Part shown: positions 54,150 to 64,000 of the stretch, piece by piece
Numbering within the stretch: position 1 is the first letter of the stretch
Layout: the number at the start of each line of letters is the position of its first letter
Origin: Octopus vulgaris
Taxonomy: Eukaryota
Length of the DNA stretch: 64,000 nt
Assembly (NCBI GenBank): GCA_951406725.2
Contig: OX597830.1
Location: forward strand, 34,348,001 to 34,412,000
Direction of reading: 5' to 3'
Translations under genes and position numbers: made by a program
Notes under the pieces: generated by a model
What the model was told of the DNA's origin: nothing
Database searches by the model: none
What the model saw: only the letters and a program-made list of their open reading frames with translations

Positions 54150-55140
54150 TATAGAAAAAGATATAGTTTTAGATGGCATATGAACACAAAACGTTTGCTG
54201 ATATATGGACTGTAAAATTTGGGATGGTGTGTTTTAAATGAAATATTGACATATTAAATGATAGAGGGAAATATCTTGGTTGTGTGATATACAGACAGTT
54301 ACAGTTTTAGATGCTATATGGGAAAATAAAAATGTTGCTGATGTATGGATATAAAATTTGATATGAATAAATTTTAGCTGGTATATGGAAAAATATCATT
54401 TTAGATGCTATATGGACAAATAATTTTAGTTGGCATATGGACAGATAAATTTTTGGTATATGAACAAATAATATTTTTATGGTATATAGACAGAACATTT
54501 AGAAGGTGAATAAGCAGAAAACTCTTTGTTTTATAGACATATAAATTTAGATGGTATTTAAAGAAATTAACCTTTGTATATATATGGTCAGATAAAAACT
54601 GTTACGTGTTATGATATAAAATTTTAAATTTGGATAGATAAAAATCTATTATATGTTACATTTTATATATGATATATGGTCAGATAAAATCTTGAACTTG
54701 GACGAAGATATTTTAAATGGTATATAAATATCTAAACGAATAAAATTTTAGACTCCACAATGCTTAACATTTTAGTTATGGATACATGAAACTTTTCATG
54801 GTGTACAAGCATTTTTAAATGATTAATGGACAGTTAATATTTTAGCTGGTAAATAGATTGATAATATTTTAGGTGGTATATGGACGGATATAATTATATA
54901 TGTTACATGAACAAAAAGTGTTTTAGGTGAATTATGATTATATCAAGTTAAATAGTGTATGAACATACACATGTTTACATTGTAAATGTATTGATAGAAT
55001 ATTAGATGCTGGTGTATTCTCATAATAATGTATTATTATTCTCATATTAATGTATTATTAGAAAGCAAGATTTTAGATCGTCTATGATCAGTTAAATTTT
55101 TAATTGGTACATGGATAGATAAATTTTAGACCACATATAA
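54150..55140. repeat. Degenerate ~27-bp minisatellite (ttttagatggtatatggacagataaa-like)
   Basis: Recurring ttttag(a/c)tg(g/c)tatatgga units. Confidence 0.75.
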
Positions 55141-55145
55141 TGATG

Positions 55146-55487
55146 TCAAACAGCTTCTGTTATGTGTAGTATGGATCTGGCTATCTGCCTAAATCCATCA
55201 AGAATATTGCCTTGCCTACTTCCTGTGGTTAAGGTCAGGCAGTTTTCCTCTCGTACTGTGGCTGCAATATTAGATATTGTATGAGGGGCAAAATGAAAGG
55301 GACTGAAAACAAACACTTCATCCAATTCCTTAGCAAATTTTTCAAGCTCCACTTGCAAATAATGTTTTGAGTGGAGCGGGAGGTGCTGTTCTTTACTCAA
55401 TTTGCTAAAAGTTAAATGAAAAGTGGTAAGAATGGCATGTATGAATGGGCTTAAAATCAATGTGTATTTATAGGTAGACAAACATGC
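55146..55487 (-). CDS. Probable terminal coding exon of an unidentified gene (113 aa, ACLSTYKY...IARSILHITEAV*)
   Basis: Long (CT)n pyrimidine tract and CAG acceptor at 55489-55488; 342-bp uninterrupted non-repetitive frame ending in TGA. Confidence 0.55.
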   Translation of the reverse strand, partial: ACLSTYKYTLILSPFIHAILTTFHLTFSKLSKEQHLPLHSKHYLQVELEKFAKELDEVFVFSPFHFAPHTISNIAATVREENCLTLTTGSRQGNILDGFRQIARSILHITEAV

Positions 55488-55521
<34 letters not shown>

Positions 55522-55639
55522 GAGAGAGAGCAGTTAGATTGGGTCTAACTGCTTATAACTCCTGTTGGAACTTATTCTTGTAATATAAATTTCACCTATT
55601 GCTCCTTGTGGCAAATAAAAAAATTATTATTGTCTTTTA

Positions 55640-55642
55640 TTA

Positions 55643-55684
<42 letters not shown>

Positions 55685-55727
55685 ATTATTAATTATTATT
55701 ATTATTAATTATTATTATTACTATCAT

Positions 55728-55759
<32 letters not shown>

Positions 55760-55774
55760 ATTATTATTATTAAT

Positions 55775-55852
<78 letters not shown>
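55640..55852. repeat. (ATT)n microsatellite
   Basis: Seen directly. Confidence 0.97.
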
Positions 55853-55854
<2 letters not shown>

Positions 55855-55863
55855 TTCTTACAG

Positions 55864-55916
55864 GATTTCAGAAATTGTCTCTTTTGGATCTTGTTGAACA
55901 AGCTGAAGCTTACTGA
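55864..55916 (+). CDS. Candidate short exon (phase 1: GFQKLSLLDLVEQAEAY*)
   Basis: Acceptor ttttcttacAG, followed by GTGAGT at 55917; phase 0 is also open. Confidence 0.35.
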
Positions 55917-56824
55917 GTGAGTTAATTCTTTCTTCTTTTCCTCCTCCTTGTGTGTGTGTGTGTGAGTCATAACTGGAGTCTTCCAGTGCTTATTTTAAAA
56001 ACAGTACCCAGTTTAAAAAATACTGTCTGGTCTCTGGATACTTTTCGAAAAATTTACTGTGTTGCAAGCATTTAGGCTGACCAAATCTTCAGTTCTGCAA
56101 CTTTACTATTTCAGTAATTTCTGTACACATCAGCCTACGTATGTAAAAACTAAACTATCAGTTACATAAAAAAATCACCATTTTGGTGGGTGGGTAGCAA
56201 AAGACCGTGGTATTAAGAGTTCTTCATCAATAACTTAACAAGTATCATCATACTTCACCAATATCCAAAAAAAATAGCCAAAAAAAAGGAGACTAAAAAG
56301 AAACAAAAAAATGCTGATTCTCATATCATAAGCCATAAGAATCATGGTGATGGTCATCATAGCCATCATCACATCATAAAACTCATCATATTTCAAGCTC
56401 CAAATAGTAATGACGAGGAGGATGATAAGTAAGGATAATGATGAGGATGATCAATATTGTCATCAGTATCAGAAACTAGGAAAAAGAAAAGAAACAAAAA
56501 AATGTAAACAAATAAAAATTGAATAAAACTAAAATTTTTCATTCCAGGATTAGGATTACGAGATTAAAAGACGAGGCTTACTTAGTATGTTGATAGACTT
56601 AGTTAATATAGCTTTGATCACCTGTTATTTTCTTGTCTAGACAGAAGATATTTTATAAAAAAATCACCTTGGCACTGGTACAAAATCATGATGATTCCTT
56701 AGGAGGTTTAAATGTTTGTTTTACTTTAAATAAATAAATAAATACTTAATCTATTTTAGTATATATAATTTCAATGTCTGGCCTTATTACATTTATTTCA
56801 AGTGCCCAATGAAATAAATGTACA

Positions 56825-57612
56825 TAATCCTTTCTATTCTAGGCACAAGGCCCGAAATTTTGTGGAGGGGGCAGTCGATTAGATCGACCCCAGTAAGCAA
56901 ATGGTACTTAATTTATCAACCCCGAAATGATGAAAGGCAAAGTCGACCTCGGCGGAATTTGAACACAGAACGTAGTAGCGGACGAAATACCACTAAGCAT
57001 TTCGCCCGGCGTGCTAACGTTTCTTATTTCTTTATTGCTCACAACTTACATGTAAGTTTGTGCACACATGTGTACATTTGGAGAAAATGATTTTCCAAGA
57101 GATTTTATACAGGAATTTGTAGTAAATAGCTGACTGTTAGTTAGAAAATATTTCCATCAAAATGAGATCCTTTAAAATTTGGATATTTTTGTGTGTTTCC
57201 AAAAGGAAAACAAAACAAAACAAACACAGAGGGGACAAACAAAGACAGACAAACGGATTAAGTCGATTATCTCGACCCCAGTGTGTAACTGATACTTAAT
57301 TTATCGACCCCGAAAGGATGAAAGGCAAAGTCGACCTCGGCGGAATTTGAACTCAGAACGTAGCGGCAGACGAAATACCTATTTCTGTACTACCCACAAG
57401 GGGCTAAACACAGAGGGGACAAACAAGGATAGACAAACGGATTAAGTCAATTATATCGGCCCCAGTGCGTAACTGGTACTTAATTTATCGACCCCGAAAG
57501 GATAAAAGGCAAAGTCGACCTCGGCGGAATTTGAACTCAGAACGTAGCGGCAGACGAAATACCGCTGAGGATTTCGCCCGGCGTGCTAACGTTTCTGCCA
57601 GCTTGCCGTCTT
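56825..57612 (-). mobile_element. Composite of three SINE family C units
   Basis: Units ~56825-57022, 57023-57378 and 57377-57612; aataaatgta repeated at both outer flanks. Confidence 0.88.
57047..57224 (+). repeat. ~178-bp direct duplication of 47896-48073
   Basis: Near-identical unique sequence (about 8 substitutions by eye). Confidence 0.95.
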
Positions 57613-57873
57613 AATAAATGTATTAATACATAATGCAAACATAGATAGACCCCAAATCTGCATACATAACAAGAAAAATGTCAAGAAGCAGTTCTTCAGG
57701 CACACTAGCAATTCTATCAGTTCATCATCTTATCAATTTTTAAAAATATATTACAAGCTTTTACACAGTTTCCATCAAGTAAATTTACTTACAAGGAATT
57801 TGATAACCTGGGGCTGTAGTAGAAGTCACTTGTCCCCTACTATGGTACTTTATTTTATCCCCAATATTTTGAA

Positions 57874-57971
57874 AATTTATGTTGAATCAAACTATGTCTA
57901 GCATCGAATATTTTCACACACACACACACGAAAATATTCCATGCTAGACATCGTTTGATTCAATGTAAATT
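57874..57971. repeat. 42-bp-arm inverted repeat with (CA)n spacer
   Basis: 57874-57915 / 57930-57971. Confidence 0.9.
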
Positions 57972-58130
57972 ATATATATATATAGATTGATATTGATATT
58001 GATATAGGGATAAGGATAAATACATACATACATATAAAGTACTATGCATATGTTTATATCTCGTTGTTCATGAGAGAATATAAGCATGCATGGATAAAAT
58101 TATATTTTCATGTATGTATTTATGCATATA

Positions 58131-58161
<31 letters not shown>

Positions 58162-58171
58162 TGTATGTATG

Positions 58172-58205
<34 letters not shown>

Positions 58206-58656
58206 TGTATGTATGTATGTATGTGTTAATCATTTTATTGCAGTACACATATTATTAACAAAAGATTTCACACTAAGAGTAGATTAATATAAAATAAAAC
58301 TGAAAACATTACAGGATTATATGTTACTACAATGTCATCTGTCGAATCTTCAAGATTGCAATGAAAACCACTGGTAAAATATTGCATATGCATAATGGAA
58401 CTTAGAATAAAGGGAGGAGATCAGTGTAGAGAGATATATGAAGGAAGGAACAGTCTACTGTAACACTAGTAAGATAAACAAAGCGTTAAAATATAAGTTA
58501 TATGATACATGAAAATGAATATATAAAATATAGTTGGGTGACTTACAGTATTAGATTATACAGAGAACATTTGTAAAGAAAACAATTGAAAGATGTAAAC
58601 CAACAATAATCATTTTAAATCAAGTGGAAGATAAGGGAAAGGATCCAAAACCTCGC

Positions 58657-58855
58657 AACCCTTTTGTTACCATATTTCTTTCGAAATACGCTGCTTTTGT
58701 TTCAATTAATTATGAAAAAGTTTATTAAGATAAATTTGTCTATACTAAGTATTTGAAACTTTATTGAAAGGTTTTCGTTTGAATCAGTTTAAAACATGAA
58801 GTTTGGATCAAAGGACCAAGGGCGTTTTGGGGGTGGGTTGGTATCCAAAGGGTTT
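58657..58855 (+). mobile_element. piggyBac-like MITE
   Basis: Termini aacccttttgttacca / tggtatccaaagggtt are inverted repeats. Confidence 0.6.
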
Positions 58856-61538
58856 TTAGTATCATTTTAAAAGTTTGAAAAGAAATAAAATTGAATTAAA
58901 ATTTAGATTATCAAAGGGTAATGGAGTGCTGAATTATTCGAATTAATTTGAGTGAAGAAAAGAAATTGATTATTTTTATGAAAAGACTGAAATTACAGGA
59001 TTTGTGTTTTCATAACATTATCACACGTATTTCCAATGGGGTTTACTTTTTCAGAAAAGAAAATCATTCATATTTACAATTCTCTGTCCTCCACATTTCA
59101 CGAATGCATTTATGCTCACAACCAGAAATTAATAGAGGGTTTTGATTAAGAAGAAAAAAGTCTTAGCATATTTCATACTATTGAGAGATAGGCAAAGGAA
59201 AAAAATCTCTCGTTTAAATGGCTGAATAGTTTGGCAAAACAGATTAATTATCGTTTAATGTCTTAATGCAAATAATAATTTTTTAAGGCTCCATATATAT
59301 TTGGATATGCACGTAACAGTGCTTCTGAGATAATTAGAAAATATTTATGATGAATATACTTAGTTTTAACTAAATGTAAATTAATCCAGAATTAGATTTA
59401 TATGCCGTCTCCGTTTCATATTTATTTTTATAAATAATTCTTTTAGATGTACACCTACATGTGAGTAGTCATTCGCTTTAACATGCACATTTATTATATT
59501 TTTAATTTGGGGGTAAAGAAGCAATCATAATATTTGCTTTGTTTCATATTCTCCGAAGATTTTGCAAGATTAAGAATGGCAGAGTGTATACTTTTATGGA
59601 ATGTTTATTAAACATATCATTGTGCTCGACCAATCAAGTGAAAATGAATTTACAGCAGTTTAAAAGATATTTTAGCTACAGATGTAGAGATATTTCGGCT
59701 GTCCAGGGGATTAAGAGAAGTCATATATATATATATATTTGTTTTTTCTAATAATGAGTGTTTGAAATATCTTCATATTCACATAAATTATTTTCCTTAA
59801 GTCCGTTCTGCTATAATACTGAGAAGCATCAACAAATACTGCTTGAGAAATGGACTGGAAATTCCACTGGAAATATCTTTTTCAGATTATTTAATGTATT
59901 TGGAGGTTGGGGGTCGAATAGACTCTATCGGGTTTCTTAAGTGGGGAGAATTGTGTCTTTTATAATTTGGAAGTTACATCGAACGATCTGATTTTCTAAA
60001 AATACGATTGAATTCGGACCGAATTTCTAAGGTAAATTGTCAGAACAACTTTTGGTGTCCCTTTCTTATATAATTTACATTTTTATTAGCATTTCTGGGG
60101 ACAAATTACTTCGACGTTTCTGTGAAAATCACCAAAGATATATTGAAACTTTGTATGAAAATAGCTTAGATATAAAATCTCACAATATCATTTATTTTTG
60201 CTGAATATTTCTCTGATATTAATATCGAAAGATAGCTTTTTTTACACATATACATTTACCGTAAATATAGCATGAAATTTACAGCGTATATACTGATGAT
60301 AAATTCAGAAATGGTTAAATATTTTAACCTGTTTATAACATTTACTGTATCTAATAAAAGGGATTCTTAAATAGGATAGAAGTAAATTTTGTTAAGAAAA
60401 TTATGTAAATTTATTATTTCCTAAAAAATTTTTTTTTTACTTCTCTGCATATAATTATTTACTTTTACACTTCAGTTGTTTTATTAGTGACAGAAAATAC
60501 TATTCCAGTTATTCTTCCTTTATTAGTTTTCTTCCTATTTACATTGTTCCCTTCCATTATTTCTAAAATGCTTGGTTTCATTGTATATGCGATAAATTAA
60601 CAATAATTGAAATTGCAGTTCTGAGGATTAGATACTTGTTTCCAACTATATCTGCAATTCTTATATATATGAAAGAAATTGTTGTATGCAGTGCTGAGGT
60701 GCATGGAAAAGACATAGGACAACCGTGGAAAAACTGATCATTTTAGGAAAATGTAAAGCATATGATCATTAGTTTAATATGAATAAAAGTGTGATTGCAC
60801 ACCTAAAAATTTCACTTCACAATCACGTGACTTGGGTTTGATTCTACTGAGAGATACTTTGGGAAACTGACTTTATCATATCCTTGGATCAAACCAAGTC
60901 TATGAATGAATCTCACTAATCGAGAAGTCTAGATCGAAGTATATAGAGCAACATACCTTCTTTCCTTACTCAATTTAATAAGAATTGTTCTCAAGGTTCC
61001 TTTCGCGGAGTGCGCTCTTTTACAGGCATTATTAACTTACTAAATAAATTAATTCTTACTGCAATAACCCATTAGTCGTTATTGTAATCAGGTAAAAACT
61101 GATGTGATATACCAAATTATATTGCCACTTGACCCCGCTAAAAATCACTATGAAATCACATCTTAATGTTTCGAAACAAAAATTGAATAATATATTTTAA
61201 GATGGCCCCATATAGACTGATTGTCATGGCTTGGATATCTTTAATGAAAGATATCCATGAATATGGCTGACTCTGGAATATACTACAAAAATAACAATGG
61301 GGACGTAGCTCTTTCTGCTTTTATTCCCCTACTGGTCTCGGTGGTTCTGTCAAAAGAATAATGCTGATACAATTTTGTTTTTGTTCTCCTACTATGCAAT
61401 AAAATAATGGGAAGTGTAAAATATGCTGGCATGATTTTTACCGTGATAAGACACCTTTAAACACACACACACATATGCATCTATGTATGTATGTATGTAC
61501 ATATGTATATTTGCATGCACTCACGTACACACACTCAA

Positions 61539-61644
<106 letters not shown>

Positions 61645-63029
61645 CTTAATGGCAATGATGTGCTATACAAATATCTACTGCTATCGTAATTTTTACTGCA
61701 ACTTTTGAATTCTATCAACAAGTTGGATATCAGAGATTACATTGCAGTAGCATAACCTATATTTAGCAAGTGATGGGTGTCTAATGTTAAAGGTGTGCCA
61801 TGCAAATCTGTATTGGTATCTTAATGTAAGAAGCAACAGTGAAAAATCTAAACTATATATTTCAAAACAGTTGTGATGATTGAAAAACAGAAATACAAAA
61901 TACCGTATTTGTATATATGAATGTCTGCGTATATATGTGTGCATGCGTGCGTGCATATGTATGTATAAACATATACACACATGTACATGTATGAGTGTGC
62001 ATATGTATATATATGTGTGTGTGTGTGTTTATGTATATATGGACAATATTTTAGGAGAAAAAAGAAACCAAAACGGTAGGAAGAGAATAATAAACATTTA
62101 TTTATCATAAATGTTATTTAATTCGTTCTTCTTCTCCACTCGACCGATTATCCATACATCTGTCTCTTCCTATAGAGAAAAGAGAGAAAGAGAGAGAGGG
62201 AAAGAGATGTGTACATACAAAATGTTTGGGTGATTTCAATGGCATTAAAAGAAATACTAGAACAGAACACAAAACAAACATATATATACATTCGCACATA
62301 CTTAAGAATAAAAAAAGTAGAGATGTATATCAATATCATTATATTATCAACAAATTATACATACATATACATAAATAGAAAAATACTATTGTATATATAC
62401 TCTATTATTACCATTGAAGATTGCAGTGGACCTGATGAAACCAAGTGTGTGAAACTGACACATACAAACAGACATAGGAGCTAGCGATTTGAGTCTTTAC
62501 CGTGGTCATTTGAGTTGCTAGAAATAGAAAGTTAACCACTCCCAAACCATACCCTTTGAGTTTTGATAGTAACTTAAATATTGACAATATATAATTATGG
62601 GTGCGTTATTTTTAAATACATACTGAAATAAACCGGCTGCTCATGATGTTCTAACATTCCCCTGAAGATAGGTTTGTTTTATCAAGGTGACATGATGGGG
62701 CAGACTTAAACGACAGCAATCACAAAGACGCTTTAATTACCACACATCTTAAGGCGTATATGCAAAACGACATTGCTTAAACATCACTGAGGTTTTGAAA
62801 ACCGTGTCACATTCTGTTTTTGCCTTTCTTTATCATCATCATTGTCGTCATCATCAGCTCGGTTTAACACTACCACCGGGTACCTTGGCGCCTTTAACAG
62901 AATCCACTCTGGTGCAAGTATCCGGTTTGCGGATATCTTACTCCCGATAGTCTCGGAGACCCAGCAAGTGGGGTCTTGGACATGGTATTCCCTTCCGACG
63001 TGAAACAAATATATAATACAAGCATGTTA

Positions 63030-63370
63030 TAATTGTCGCTGTCGTAATCATCAGCCTTGTCGTCGTCGTCATCATCAACAACAACAGCAACAACTCAGTC
63101 AGTCTCGTCGTCGTCGTCGTCGTCATAATCATCATCATCATCATCATCGATCTTATGATCGTAATCATCTTCAAGGATATCGTCACTATCGTTGTCGTCG
63201 TCGTCGTCTTTATAACAGTACATCAACATCTTCGTCACCACCACCATCAATACCATCACCACCAACAGTTCTATCATCATCTCTTTCATCTCCCCCTCTT
63301 CCTCATCATCATCGACGTCGTCATCGTCGTCGTCGTCGTCGTCGCCTTCATCATCACCATCATCATTGCG
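63030..63370. repeat. Compound (TCA/TCG/CCA)n trinucleotide repeat
   Basis: Seen directly. Confidence 0.9.
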
Positions 63371-63444
63371 TTTTGTGCAGCAGCTAATAGAATCAGTGAC
63401 CGAGTTTTGATTCGTGATTGCCTAAAGTAAAGTCATGTATGACA

Positions 63445-63467
63445 ATCTCTCTCTCTTTCTCTTTCTA

Positions 63468-63498
<31 letters not shown>

Positions 63499-63499
63499 A

Positions 63500-63535
<36 letters not shown>

Positions 63536-63613
63536 AACCTTATACTTTATCCCTCTATATCGTCCCCTCTGTTACTATCTCTGTCTCAAGCCCTGTTTCC
63601 TTTTCTTTCTTTC

Positions 63614-63648
<35 letters not shown>

Positions 63649-63930
63649 TCTTTCTGTCTCTTCGTCTCTCTTACTTCATCGCTGTTTTTATCTCTGTCTG
63701 TCTCTTTCTGTCTCTATTGCTGCTAAACTTTGTACCCCTCTCTCTCTCTCTCTTTCTCTCTCTCATACACTGTGTCTCTATCACTCGCTCTTTCTGTAGC
63801 TATCCTTTCTCTCGCTCTTCACTCTCCCACTCAATCTCAATCTGTGATCTTCCCCCTCTGTCTTTGACTTTTCCTCTATCTCCTCTTCGTCCTTTTCTCT
63901 CCTATCCTCTCCTCCCCCTCTCTCTTTCAC
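63445..63930. repeat. CT-rich low-complexity / (CT)n tract
   Basis: Seen directly. Confidence 0.9.
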
Positions 63931-64000
63931 ACACATAGCTCTGAGGCTTTTTGTGCTTTATTTAGAAATGCTTATCATCGCTTTTCCAACCACAACCCAC

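Noticed and set aside
54150-55140. CRISPR-like array
   Set aside because: Units are degenerate and contiguous with no unique spacers or cas genes; the context is eukaryotic

Overview
A very AT-rich, microsatellite-dense eukaryotic genomic window. The SINE families and (TA)n/(TG)n/(TATC)n load are what I associate with Octopus/coleoid cephalopod genomes; this is inference, not verified. Almost all ORFs in the supplied track are microsatellite or SINE artefacts. Real content: dozens of copies of four SINE families, and decayed LINE fragments (RTE with three C2H2 fingers, CR1/L2-like, R4/Dong-like RLE, Penelope GIY-YIG and linker). There are also three Tc1/mariner remnants, hAT-, piggyBac- and Helentron-type MITEs, and a few isolated splice-bounded candidate exons that I cannot name. 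The most striking signal is a set of short non-coding Penelope-like/retrozyme-like elements carrying hammerhead ribozyme (HHR) motifs. Several are minimal type I HHRs inside fold-back palindromes. Two unrelated families (26472-26548 on + and 21527-21600 on -) appear to encode an HHR whose three strands are in an order that is not a circular permutation of types I-III, i.e. a pseudoknotted or trans-assembling HHR. All structure calls are by eye and untested; element boundaries are approximate.
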